Below, piece by piece: positions 1 through 12,400 of a stretch of 64,000 bases of DNA; the first letter of the stretch is position 1, and the number at the start of each line of letters is the position of its first letter. The stretch is from Eledone cirrhosa. Lineage: Eukaryota. Below the pieces are notes generated by a model, which had not been told where the DNA came from, ran no database searches, and worked only from the letters and a program-made list of their open reading frames with translations. The translations under genes and the position numbers were made by a program. The stretch lies in contig OZ024742.1 of assembly GCA_964016885.1 (NCBI GenBank), positions 245,892,001-245,956,000 of the forward strand, written 5' to 3'.

Positions 1-1591
1 CGTCTGCGTATAGGAGTTCCCATGGGCAGCCTGTCTTGAACTCCTCTGTTATAGCCTGAAGGGCAATAATAAATAGTAGGGGGCTGAGAACAGAGCCCTG
101 ATGGACGCCAACTTTTACGCTAAACTCTTCACTATATTCGTTGTTAATTCTAACCTTGCTGACTGTTTCTTTATACATGGCTTGTATAGCCCTCACAAGC
201 CATTCGTCAACGCCTAGTTTTCTAAGAGCCCACCAGATAATGGAGCGGGGGACTCTGTCGAAGGCTTTCTCCAAGTCGACAAAAGCTAAGTAGAGGGGTT
301 TACCTTTAGCTAGGTACTTCTCCTGTAGTTGTCGTACTATGAAAAGAGCGTCTGTGGTACTTTTGCCTGACACAAACCCGAACTGCATTTCATCTAGGTC
401 AATTCTCTCTCTGATTAGTTGCGCTATTACTTTTTCTGTGACCTTCATGACCTGGTCGATTAATTTAATGCCTCTATAGTTACTCCTATCTAGGGCGTCT
501 CCTTTACCCTTATAACAGTTAACGATGATGCTGCTATGCCAGTCCTTCGGAACAACCCCATTCTGTACGACTTGGTTAACTATGCGGGTGACCATGGTGT
601 GTCCCACCGTGCCAGATGCCTTCAGCATCTCAGCAACTATTTCCGAAGGCCCAGCCGCCTTACCTGTCTTCATATCCTTGATTGCCTTACTTATTATACT
701 CCCCTCGACTAACACTGCTGGTCCCTCTATTGGGTCGACATGGGGGAGACTGTCTTTCTCCCATTTATTCTCCTCATTTAGTAGCCTTTCATAGTGACAC
801 TTCCAAGCTGCCTTCTTATCAGTGTCGGTGATGGCAAGTATGCCATCATCGTTAAGTACACACTTCTCCCCGACAATATCACGGTTTTCCTTGACGCATT
901 GCCTAGCAATCCTGAACACCTCACGTTTTTGGTCATCGCGTTGTAGGACATGCTTGAACTTTCTTTCCTCAGCTTCCCTTCTTGCTAAGTACACTTCTCT
1001 CCTAGCTTCCCTCCTGGCCACTTGATAGTCTACTCTACTTCCCCCATCCCGCCATACTTTCCAAGCCTGCTTTTTGGCCTTAATTGACTCCTCCACCTTA
1101 CTGTTCCACCACCATGTTACTCTCCTCCTGCCTACAGGCCTGCTCCAGCCACAGACTTCGTCTGTGGCCAACAGCAGGTTTGCTTTCAGAAATTCCCACT
1201 GTCCCTCTATATTGTCCGACTCTAAGTGTTCTTCCTTACTGTCGAAAGCATCAAGTAATATGTTTTGAAATTTATTTTTGGCTGTGGGGTCCTTTAGCTT
1301 CCATATTTTTCTCCTGAGGATAGTCCTCTTCTGCTGTCGAGTACGTCTCGACCTGACTATGAGGTCGCTAATTATCAGTCTATGTTGGGAGGTGCATTCT
1401 TCATGGGGGAGGGATTTAGTGTTTACAACAGACACTCTGTCACGTCTTCTGGTAAGGATATAATCTACCTGGCTTGTGTGTTCCCCGGATCTATAGGTGA
1501 TCAGGTGATTGTCACGTTTTTTGAAGTTAGTGTTACAGATAGTTAGGTTATTTGCATCACAGAATTCCAGGATTCTGGAGCCTTCCTCATT
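1..1591 (-). mobile_element. 5'-truncated RTE-clade LINE ORF (end of APE endonuclease plus reverse transcriptase), running off the window start
   Basis: The minus frame reads NEEGSRILEFCDANNLTICNTNFKK...TSQVDYIL...QHRLII (APE C-term), KTGKAAGPSEI, NYRGIKL, QFGFVSGKSTTDA, LAFVDLEKAFDRV, GVHQGSVLSPLLF, and ends in LLYAD at the window edge. The same frame holds at 1591 and at position 4. The 5' end abuts a (TA)n tract. Confidence 0.95.
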
Positions 1592-1620
1592 TATATAAAT
1601 ATATATATATATATATAATT

Positions 1621-1815
1621 AATAATTGTTTCTAGTTTTGGAACAAGGTCAGCAATTACCCAGTGCAATACTGGTACTTTATTTTATCGACCCTGTAAGG
1701 ATGAAAGGCAAAGTTAACCTCGGCGGGATTTGAACTCAGAACGTAAAGGGCCATAACTCCATGCTGCAAAATATGATGTCTGACGCTCTACCGATACTGC
1801 CAATTCACCACCCTT
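1621..1815 (-). mobile_element. tRNA-derived SINE, family A (Meta-SINE-like central domain)
   Basis: The reverse complement has box A (TGGCAGTATCGGT), box B (GTTCAAATCC) and the core GCCTTTCATCCTTACAGGGTCGATAAAATAAAGTACCAG shared with copies at 52493, 58298 and 58497. Confidence 0.85.
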
Positions 1816-2009
1816 ATTAATGACTAACATAAAGTAATTAAGACAAAACATTACTTTGAATTGACTCTAACAAGAAATTCTAATTATATTGTAGTCTCTG
1901 CTACTGTATCTACCATATTACAAATCCATAGATATAACAAAATTGTATCTTATATGGTTATTTGGTTCTCTACCTACTATGTTATTCAAGAAGCATGTAT
2001 GTTCAAGAT

Positions 2010-2335
2010 ACTTACGAGTAATAGAGAATTTCTGGTGAAGAAAAACATTCCCACATCCCCCTTACAGCCCAAATCAAGCTCTGTATTATTTCTACCTTTT
2101 CTCTAAGTTGAAATCAAAGTTGAAGAGTAATCATTTTGTGAATGTGAAAAACACAAAAAATTGTAACTAATGAGATAAGGACACTCACAGAAAATGACTT
2201 CTTCTCGTACAGCTATGATCAATGGGAGAACCGTTGGAACCAGTGTGAGACTTCCCAAGTGTCGTATTTTGAAGTGTAATTCAATGTACGTCTAATATAC
2301 ATTTAAATGAAACATCAGTGCTATTACCTTTAACC
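2010..2335 (+). mobile_element. Decayed mariner transposase C-terminal fragment
   Basis: The frameshifted translation REFLVKKNIP/HPPYSPNQALYYFYLF/SKLKSKLKSNHF...YDQWENRWNQCETSQVSYFE matches the mariner HPPYSPDLAPxDF...W..RW..C....G.YFE signature. Confidence 0.8.
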
Positions 2336-2774
2336 GCAGTAGGAGTTACAGTTTTCTCCAGGGCATCTCCCTCACCATTCTTCAGGGCAATGTCTTCTCA
2401 TCCTGTCCACCAGGACTATAAGGCTGACAGACCCTTAACCTGCAATGATAGATTTGAAGATATTTGTATGTTAGTTTTGATAACCAAACTTTGTTTTTAA
2501 TGAAGCATACTGACAAACTACTTATAAAAAAAAAACGCCTCTAAATTGGCTAAAAGAGTTTTCTCCCTTATGGTTGGTGATGTGGTTTCATGTGGAATAA
2601 GGTACTAAGAGTTTTACAGCTTTTAAACATTAAATATATATATATATATATTTACCAAACACAGATGTCCAACATTTGAAACCACGTAAAACATTGTATA
2701 TAACAGTGTGACCAATAATAAATTGTGCTGTATTTCTTGATTCAATACCTCAGAATGATGCATTATGGTAAAGA

Positions 2775-2885
2775 TGGGTGGCTTAGTAGTTAGAGTGTTG
2801 GACTCATGATCATAAGGTTGTGAGTTTGATTCTTGAACCAGACGGTGCATTGCTTTCTTGAGCAAAATATTTCATTTCATGTTGG
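2775..2885 (+). mobile_element. tRNA-derived SINE, family B (CORE-like); related copies at ~3915-4060 and ~56470-56585
   Basis: TGGCTTAGTAGTTAGAGTG (box A), GAGTTTGATTCTTG (box B), then TTGAGCAAAATATTTCATTTCATGTTG; the same layout recurs in the other two copies. Confidence 0.7.
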
Positions 2886-2904
2886 TTTTCATGATCGGAC
2901 TGAG

Positions 2905-3630
2905 GCTTCTATCATAAAACACTTGAGAAACCTCCAATGAGATTAAATATTGTAGGAGGCCCGTTAACCCTTTAGCATTCACATTACTCTATATTTACTA
3001 TTTTATTTTCATAGAAAAGGCTTTACCTCACATAATTATCTTACATAATATCGAATCTACGAGATTTTATTCTTATTTATTTTGAGAATAATACCTTAAC
3101 ATTGGTATGAGCGGCTGGTTATCAGTTTGAACAGAAAGATGTGAGCGAATTATGGCTGGATACAGCCGGTTTAAATGCTAAAGGGTTAAATCTATATAGG
3201 TGTGAGCTGTAACAATATGATATGACTGGGGCACCCATTATTAAAAGACCTGAGAAACCTATGAAATTAAATCTTATAAGAGGGCAACTAAATCTGTATA
3301 GAAAGTGAGCTGTAATATGATAAGATTGGGGAGTCTATCATTAAAGCACCTAAGAAACCTCCTATGAGATGTTACCCCATAGGAGACCAACTAAACCTAT
3401 ATAGATAAGTGTCAGCTGTAACTCATGATAGGTTTGGAGACCTTATCATTAAAATACCTGAGAAACCTCTTAGGAGATTCAACCTCATAGCAGGTTCACT
3501 AAACTTGTCTAGTTGTGAGCTGTAACAATATGATAGGATGTGTGACCCTAACATTAACACACCTGAGAAACCTCCTATGAGATGCAACCTCATAGCAGGT
3601 TGACTAAACCTGCATAGATAGGTGTGGGCT
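2905..3630 (+). repeat. Degenerate ~100-108-bp tandem repeat (~4-5 units); first unit split by a MITE
   Basis: The motif CCTGAGAAACC (or a 1-mismatch variant) recurs at ~2922, 3249, 3349, 3457 and 3563, each followed by similar ...GAGCTGTAA...ATGATA sequence. Confidence 0.8.
2968..3185. mobile_element. piggyBac-type MITE (TTAA TSD, CCCTTTAGCATT termini)
   Basis: TTAA|CCCTTTAGCATT ... AATGCTAAAGGG|TTAA with TTAA at 2964-2967 and 3186-3189. Confidence 0.9.
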
Positions 3631-3752
3631 ATAAATATCATTTCAATTCAATGATGCCTTATATGAAGATTTTTAAGGTATTGTTTCTTCTGTCATTTAC
3701 AGCAACCCAATACAAAATGTTTATCTCTATAATATTTATTGATCTTTTTCAG

Positions 3753-3821
3753 ATCACCACTCTTCTAAATGACCTGTACAGTGCATTTGATTCTGTGCTG
3801 GAAAATTTCGATGTTTACAAG
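3753..3821 (+). CDS. Receptor guanylyl cyclase, catalytic domain exon (69 nt, phase 0/0)
   Basis: ttttcAG|ATC...AAG|GTaaac; translates ITTLLNDLYSAFDSVLENFDVYK, the class III cyclase LNDLY..FD.....DVYK motif. Confidence 0.95.
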
Positions 3822-4189
3822 GTAAACATATTTTGAATATGTTATTTATGTTTTTCCTAGTAGTCATTGAAAGAAATAGTGGGAAATGATAATAGTATAT
3901 GGTAGGCTGTGAAGGCACATGGCTTAGTGGTTAGTGTGTTTGACTTAGGATTGTAAAGTCATGGATTCAATTCCTGGCAATGCATTGTGTTTTTGTGGAA
4001 AACAATTTATTTCTTATTGCTCCAGTTCACTCAGCTAGAAAAATGTGTTGTATCAGCAGTTCAAAGTTCCAGCCATGTCACCCTTGTGTCACAATGAATC
4101 AGGTAAATAGCTCTGGAGATAAGTGAGTGCATTAACTGATATATCAAAGAGCCACTGGCCACCAATTCTGTCTTTTTAGAAGAGTTTAA

Positions 4190-4357
4190 CCCTTTAGCAT
4201 TTACATTATTCTATATTTACTTTTGTATTTTCACAGTAAACACTTTATTTCACATAACAATACCTTAACAACAGTATGAGTGGCCAGCTACAGCTGATTT
4301 GAGCAGAAAGAGGTGAGAGAATTCTGGCCGGATATGGTCGGTTTAAATGCTAAAGGG
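4190..4357. mobile_element. piggyBac-type MITE, same family as 2968-3185
   Basis: TTAA|CCCTTTAGCATTT ... AAATGCTAAAGGG|TTAA with shared internal sequence (CAGAAAGAGGTGAGAGAATT). Confidence 0.9.
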
Positions 4358-4529
4358 TTAAACCTGTAGCTAAATGTGTAAACAAAACAGTTGACTTAAG
4401 CATTGGGAAAATTTGAAATGTGTGCATCCCAACACAAATGGCCATTATAATAGTTAATAAATTTAAATAATATTTGAGAAAATTGGGCAAAGTACCCTTG
4501 GAGCTAGAATAAAGAATTGAACGCTACAT

Positions 4530-4822
4530 CTCTTATATGTCTGTGTGTTTGTACATGTGTCTGTGTGTTTGCATATATGTGTGTGTCTCTCTGCACATAT
4601 GTATGTGTGTATGCCTCTTTGCCCATATATATGTGTGTGTGTGTGTGCCTCTCTGTATGTGTATGTGTATCTGCCCACATATGTGTTTGCACATGTGTGT
4701 GTGTGTTTGCATATATGTGAGTGTGTCTGTATGTATGTGTGTTTGTCTGTACATATGTGTGTGTGTTTGCAAATATGTGTCTGTACATATGTGTGTGTGT
4801 GTGTGTCTGTGTGTGTCTGTAC
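4530..4822. repeat. (TG)n-rich compound microsatellite
   Basis: Runs of tgtgtg/tatgtg/tgca. Confidence 0.9.
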
Positions 4823-4961
4823 ATCATCTGGCGGTCTCAGCCAAAATCAACTCAACAATTGATCTCCACGTGGGTCTGTTGTTTATTGCCGTAGCCAAAT
4901 CCTGGATTTCAATACCAGAATCTCTGGAGATGACATCAGGATAGGAGAGCTTGCGCTCCCT
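4823..4961 (-). mobile_element. Short LINE (RTE-like) 3' end fragment
   Basis: The minus frame reads [45 protein letters not shown], typical of an RTE ORF C-terminus. Confidence 0.55.
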
Positions 4962-5097
4962 ATTATTATTGACTTCTTGTGGTTTCCAAACTGTGCACAC
5001 AACTGTGTATATGTGAGTGTGTAAGGATGTGAGTGTTGAAACCTATAAAGGATACATATGTTGTTTGTGAATCTAAATATTTTGCATTCAACAACAG

Positions 5098-5272
5098 GTT
5101 GAAACTATTGGAGATGCTTATATGGTGGCCTCTGGTTTGCCTATACGTAATGGCAAGAAGCATGCTGGAGAAATTGGACGGGTGTCTCTTCAATTGTTGA
5201 AGAAGGTTGGCACATTTGTTGTAAAACACCGCCCTGAAGAGGTCTTGAAGCTCAGAATAGGCATTCATTCAG
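5098..5272 (+). CDS. Receptor guanylyl cyclase exon (175 nt, phase 0/1)
   Basis: aacAG|GTT...TCAG|GTataa; [58 protein letters not shown](G). It contains the GTP-specifying Glu and the metal-binding Asp of the ETIGD motif. Confidence 0.97.
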
Positions 5273-5303
5273 GTATAAATGATTTATTTTTCTTTGCTTT
5301 TAA

Positions 5304-5512
5304 CCTTTTAGCATTTACATTACTCTATATTTACTATTATATTTTCATTGTAAATGCTTTACCTCACATAATTATCTCACATAATATAGAATCTAAGAGA
5401 TTTTGATATTATTTATTTTGAGAACAATACCTTAACATCAGTATGAGAAACCAATTTTGGCTGGTTTGAACAGAAAGAGGTGAGAGAATTTTGGCCAGAT
5501 ACAGCCTGTTTA
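5304..5512. mobile_element. piggyBac-type MITE copy (right end disrupted by a second TTAA-type MITE, ~5511-5800)
   Basis: TTAA|CCTTTTAGCATTTACATTACTCT... aligns with 2968-3185 up to ...CCTGTTTAAA, then CCCTTTCATACCAAAC resembles one end of 55993-56244. Confidence 0.75.
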
Positions 5513-5809
5513 AACCCTTTCATACCAAACTGCCTGGAAGCCACACCTGGGTCTATGATACAACATAATAGAATATATGATATGCAATTCTAATGCCCTA
5601 GTAAGAAATATATGGTTAAATACTGCTAGACTCTCTTAAGAGTTTGCTATTTAATATCATTGTGTGTGTGTGTGTGGGGGGGGGGGGGCAACTGAAACTG
5701 TTTATTTTAAAGTATATATATTTATCTAAAAATCTTCCATCAAAATTTTATGTAAGAAACTCTGTTAAGTTATGTTCCAAACACTAGCTTAATAATATTT
5801 TTTGCCCAG

Positions 5810-5990
5810 TTATTTCTCGGAGGGTCATAGGGACAGAGTCCTCAAGCATACCTTCCAGCAGGTCCTGTCATAAGCAATTGTCTCCAGTTTATCCGGCTGG
5901 ATCCCTATGCGAGACCAGCCAAGCTCATGGATGTTATCCAACCATCTTGCTTGGGATCTACCCCAGGGTCACCAAGCAATTCTTTCCTGA
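5810..5990 (-). mobile_element. RTE LINE 3' fragment
   Basis: The minus frame reads PWGRSQARWLDNIHELGWSRIGIQPDKLETIAYDRTCWKVCLRTL; similar to the 3' end at 57915-57990. Confidence 0.65.
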
Positions 5991-6166
5991 GACATTCTAA
6001 TCACATCTCTGTCCTGCATGCTGATATTCAACCACATTGTTGTTGAGAATCAACATGCACCAGTTTTAACGAAAAAATAATTTAACCTAATAACAAATGA
6101 TTTGATAATCCAAAACAGAGAAAGTGGGCTTTGCTCACATCAATTTTTGTACATGTTATAAAGATT

Positions 6167-6207
<41 letters not shown>

Positions 6208-6248
6208 AGGTGTGTTTTTCAAATACCTTTTTGTAAAATCATTCGTCT

Positions 6249-6284
<36 letters not shown>

Positions 6285-6368
6285 AAAGGTAAACATAAAT
6301 AACAACACAATTGGTACAGTATATGGAAGGGATATATTAGGTTAATGCTTGATATAGCAGGTAGAGGG

Positions 6369-6404
6369 TCTTAACGTTTCGGACGCTAGTCCTTCATCAG
6401 AAGA
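6369..6404 (-). ncRNA. Minimal type I hammerhead ribozyme motif (Penelope-associated type)
   Basis: Minus strand: TCTT-CTGATGA-A-GGAC-TAGC-GTCC-GAAA-CG-TT-AAGA. Stem I is TCTT/AAGA, the core is CUGAUGA plus GAAA, stem II is GGAC/GTCC, and the palindrome AACGTT sits in place of stem III. Confidence 0.75.
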
Positions 6405-6739
6405 AAAAAATGAGAAATAAGATAGATTGAGGGGATGGGTGGGATGGAATTGAAAAAAATGTCTTTAGATAAAAATAACAGGTCCATTCATGTTGACATC
6501 TCTTGCTTTGCAAGATTTTTGATATGAAATCGTGTGTCAAAACAAATATAGTTATACTTGGGGAGGGTCATATTGTTGTAATAATATTGCCAGAAATAAT
6601 AACAACACACTCACTGTTTGGTTGGTTTTCACTTCTGTATCTTTTATATCTCCATAGTTAATTTATTTGGCAATCAATGTTTATCATTGACTGACCAATG
6701 GTTAAAAATACAGATATAAATATATATATATAGTCTAAC

Positions 6740-7835
6740 AAAGTTCTTTGTTGCACATCTACAACATCATCAGTGGTACTATTATAATGTTCCCTCCTAT
6801 TGTATTGTAATGTTTACGCCATTTTTATTTTATTTATTTATTTATTTATTTTTGTCTCCGTCTCTGCTCATGCGTTTGAGTGTATGTGTTTTGGTTTTTG
6901 TATTCTATCTTTGTTTACTAGTATGTGTTTATATGTGTTTGTTGTTATTGTACTTATGTATATATTTATTTCTTTATTTCTTTATTTATTTATATTTCCC
7001 TTAAGTTAGTATTGTTTGTTTAGGTATGATTGTTGTTGTTATTCCATTCGTTTTTTCTGTTTAACTTTGGTTTTCTAAGCTCTATTTCACTTACTTCTCT
7101 GATTTGCCTACCTGTTGGGTCATTTTTATGTTTACATATTATTTTAATTTCTATGTTGTTTATATTACCGTCATGTCTTTGTCTGGCGTGTTCATATAGT
7201 ACTGAATCATTCTTTTGTCCTTTTAATTCCCCTCAGTGTTGGTCTATTCTTTCTCCTATGCTTCGAGCTGTCTCACCTATGTATGTTGTTGTCATGTTTC
7301 TGCAAGTACCCTCTGTACATCTTATGCTATAGACTACATTTCTAGTTTTACAGTTTATCTGGGGGTTCACTTTACATATAACACATTTCTTATTAGTACA
7401 GTGGGTTTTCTTAAAGGAGTATGTTTTGCTGATCAGGGATTTTATGGTAGTTCCTGGCTTTTCTACCACTTTAATCTTCAAGTGGGTCTTTCTTAGGGCC
7501 TTTCTACATTGGTTAGCTAATTTCCCCCCAGGGGTAGCATCCACGAACATGACACTGTGGTATCTCTGGTTGTCATACTATGAAGTGGCTTTCCTTATCT
7601 TATGTTTAGTCCTATCTCAGCTATTCCATGATTTGCTCCTGTATAATGGGCAAATTCCTTTCATGTCCATTTCTATGAGGGTCTTATACTTCTCCGTGGC
7701 TCCTTTGTATACTCTGATTCTATCTCTTTGGTAGCAGCTAGAGAACTGCATGCGGTTGATGAAGTGTTGGATATGTCTTTCCATTTCAGTTGGGGCGCAC
7801 ATGCGGGACACGTTCTTCATAACTCGTACCAAGTC
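6740..7835 (-). mobile_element. Penelope-like retroelement 3' part (RT thumb/linker plus GIY-YIG endonuclease), pseudogenised
   Basis: ORFs 7617-7832 and 7233-7550 give ...CTNKKCVIC...CKTRNVVYSIRC...YIGETARSIGERIDQH*GELKGQKNDSVLYEH...RQIREVSEI...LNRKNEW: a Cys-rich linker plus a VVY...YIGET.R GIY-YIG motif, with an internal stop at 7233-7235. The 3' boundary is approximate. Confidence 0.88.
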
Positions 7836-8057
7836 TGCAATCAGAATATTAAACTGAATATTAAATTAAAAAAATATATAACTTTAAGTTATATATATAT
7901 ATATATATACACAATATAATATATATATATATTAGGGTTGCACTGATTAACCAGCAGATAATCAATATCTGCCCTATCAGCCATTTTGGTGATTAATTGA
8001 TATCAGCCAATTTGCCACCTTAGATTAACTATGAGTATACAAAAAAATATAGAATAA

Positions 8058-8893
<836 letters not shown>

Positions 8894-8906
8894 ATTGTGT
8901 ATGAGT

Positions 8907-9312
8907 AACAATAATGATGGTGGAGGTTGTGGTAGTTATGATGATGATGATGGTGGTGGTAGTAGTGGTGATAATGATGTTGTTAGTGGTGGTGATGATG
9001 GTGGTGGTAATGATACAATCATGATGGTAGTGATGGGGATGGTGATGATGATGAGGATGATGATGATGAGAGTGATCTTGATGATGATAATGATGGTGGT
9101 AGTGATGATGGTGATGATGATGATAGTGGTGATGATGGTGATGATGGTGGAAATGGTGATGGAGAGGGTGATCTTGATGATGATAATGATGGTATGATGG
9201 TTGTAGTGGTGGTGTTGATGATGATGGTCGTGGTAGTGATGATGGCGGTGGTGGTGTTGGTGTTAATGATGATGGTTGTGGTGATGATGATGATGATAAT
9301 AATGATAATAAT
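8907..9312. repeat. (GAT/GGT)n degenerate trinucleotide tract
   Basis: Continuous gatgatgat/ggtggt runs ending ~20 nt before the exon acceptor. Confidence 0.95.
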
Positions 9313-9332
9313 GGATATTCATTCACTTCCAG

Positions 9333-9424
9333 CTTTAAAGATCCATTGTTCAGAAATGACAACACGTTTGTTGGAAGAAATTGGTGGATTTTCCATTGAA
9401 CCTCGGGGAGAAATAGAAGTTAAG
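9333..9424 (+). CDS. Receptor guanylyl cyclase exon (92 nt, phase 1/0)
   Basis: ttccAG|CT TTA...AAG|GTAAGC; (A)LKIHCSEMTTRLLEEIGGFSIEPRGEIEVK. Confidence 0.96.
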
Positions 9425-9430
9425 GTAAGC

Positions 9431-12400
9431 TAGTTCTTCAGATATTGTCAGTTCTTCAGAATATTGTTAGTTCTTCAGAATATTGTTAGTTCTTCAGAAT
9501 ATTGTTAGTTCTTCAGATATTGTTAGTTATCAGAATATTGTTAGTTATGAGAATATTGTTAGTTCTTCAGAATATTGTTAGTTATCAGAATATTGTTAGT
9601 TCTTCAGAATATTGTTAGTTATCAGAATATTGTCAGTTCTTCAGAATATTGTTAGTTCTTCAAAATATTGTCAGTTCTTCAGAATATTGTCAGTTCTTCA
9701 GATATTGTCAGTTCTTCAGAATATTGTTAGTTCTTCAAAATATTGTCAGTTCTTCAGAATATTGTTAGTTCTTCAAAATATTGTCAGTTCTTCAAAATAT
9801 TGTTAGTTCTTCAGAATATTGTCAGTTCTTCAGAATATTGTTAGTTCTTCAAAATATTGTCAGTTCTTCAGAATATTGTCAGTTCTTCAGAATATTGTCA
9901 GTTCTTCAGAATATTGTCAGTTCTTCAGAATATTGTCAGTTCTTCAGAATATTGTCAGTTCTTCAAAATATTGTTAGTTCTTCAGAATATTGTCAGTTCT
10001 TCAGAATATTGTCAGTTCTTCAAAATATTGTTAGTTCTTCAGAATATTGTCAGTTCTTCAGAATATTGTCAGTTCTTCAGAATATTGTCAGTTCTTCAGA
10101 ATATTGTTAGTTCTTCAAAATATTGTCAGTTCTTCAGAATATTGTCAGTTCTTCAGAATATTGTCAGTTCTTCAGAATATTGTTAGTTCTTCAAAATATT
10201 GTCAGTTCTTCAGAATATTGTTAGTTCTTCAGAATATTGTCAGTTCTTCAAAATATTGTTAGTTCTTCAGAATATTGTCAGTTCTTCAGAATATTGTCAG
10301 TTCTTCAGAATATTGTCAGTTCTTCAGAATATTGTCAGTTCTTCAGAATATTGTCAGTTCTTCAGAATATTGTTAGTACTTCAGAATATTGTTAGTTTGT
10401 TAGAATATTGTGAGTACTTCAGAATATTGTCAGTTCTTCAGAATATTGTCAGTTCTTCGGAATATTGTCAGTTCTGCAGAATATTGTTAGTTCTTCAGAA
10501 TATTGTCAGTTCTTCGGAATATTGTCAGTTCTGCAGAATATTGTCAGTTCTTCGGAATATTGTCAGTTCTTCAGAATATTGTTAGTTCTTCAGAATATTG
10601 TTAGTTCTTCAGAGTATTGTTAGTTCTTCAGAATATTGTTAGTTCTTCAGAATATTGTTAGTTCTTCAGAATATTGTTAGTTCTTCAGAATATTGTTAAT
10701 TCTTCAGAATATTGTTAGTTCTTCTGAATATTGTTAGTTCTTCAGAATATTGTTAGTTATCAGAATATTGTTAGTTCTTCAGAATATTGTCAGTTCTTCA
10801 GAATATTGTTAATTCTTCAGAATATTGTTAGTTCTTCTGAATATTGTTAGTTCTTCAGAATATTGTTAGTTATCAGAATATTGTTAGTTCTTCAGAATAT
10901 TGTCAGTTCTTCAGAATATTGTTAGTTCTTCAGAATATTGTTAGTTATCAGAATATTGTTAGTTCTTCAGAATATTGTCAGTTCTTCAGAATATTGTCAG
11001 TTCTTCGGAATATTGTCAGTTCTGCAGAATATTGTTAGTTCTTCAGAATATTGTCAGTTCTTCGTAATATTGTCAGTTCTGCAGAATATTGTCAGTTCTT
11101 CGGAATATTGTCAGTTCTGCAGAATATTGTTAGTTCTTCAGAATATTGTTAGTTCTTCAGAATATTGTTAGTTCTTCAGAGTATTGTTAGTTCTTCAGAA
11201 TATTGTTAGTTCTTCAGAATATTGTTAGTTCTTCAGAATATTGTTAGTTCTTCAGAATATTGTTAATTCTTCAGAATATTGTTAATTCTTCAGAATATTG
11301 TTAGTTCTTCTGAATATTGTTAGTTATCAGAATATTGTTAGTTCTTCAGAATATTGTCAGTTCTTCAGAATATTGTTAGTTCTTCAGAATATTGTTAGTT
11401 ATCAGAATATTGTTAGTTCTTCAGAATATTGTTAGTTATCAGAATATTGTTAGTTCTTCAGAATATTGTTAGTTCTTCAGAATATTGTTAGTTATCAGAA
11501 TATTGTTAGTTCTTCAGAATATTGTTAGTTCTTCAGAATATTGTCAGTTCTTCAGAATATTGTCAGTTCTTCAGAATATTGTTAGTTATCGGAATATTGT
11601 CAGTTCTTCAGAATATTGTTAGTTCTTCAGAATATTGTTAGTTATGAGAATATTGTTAGTTCTTCACAATATTGTTAGTTATCAGAATATTGTTAGTTCT
11701 TCAGAATATTGTTAGTTATCAGAATATTGTTAGTTCTTCAGAATATTGTTAGTTCTTCAGAATATTGTTAGTTATCAGAATATTGTTAGTTCTTCAGAAT
11801 ATTGTTAGTTATCAGAATATTGTTAGTTCTTCAGAATATTGTTAGTTATCAGAATATTGTTAGTTCTTCGGAATATTGTTAGTTCTTCAGAATATTGTCA
11901 GTTCTTCAGAATATTGTTAGTTCTTCAGAATATTGTTAGTTCTTCAGAATATTGTTAGTTATCAGAATATTGTTAGTTATCAGAATATTGTTAGTTATCA
12001 GAATATTGTTAGTTCTTCAGAATATTGTTAGTTCTTCAGAATATTGTTAGTTATCAGAATATTGTCAGTTATTCAGAATATTGTTATTTATCAAAATATT
12101 GTTAGTTATCAGAACATTGTTAGTTCTTCAGAATATTGTCAGTTCTTAGTTCTTCAGAATATTGTTAGTTTTTCAGAATATTGTTAGTTCTTCAGAATAT
12201 TGTTAGTTACCAGAAAATTGTTAGGTCTTTAGAATATTGTTAGTTTTTCAGAATATTGTTAGTTCTTCAGAATATTGTCCGTTATTCAGAATATTGTTAA
12301 TTATCAGAATATTGTTAGTTATCAGAATATCGTTAGTTCTTAAGATTATTGTTAGTTCTTCAGAATATTGTTATTTCTTCAGAATATTATTAGTTATCAG

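Noticed and set aside
525-1463. Plus-strand ORFs
   Set aside because: Antisense shadows of the minus-strand RTE ORF.
2775-2850. tRNA genes here and at ~3915, ~56470, ~58298
   Set aside because: Only degenerate box A/B heads without a full cloverleaf, continuing into SINE bodies.
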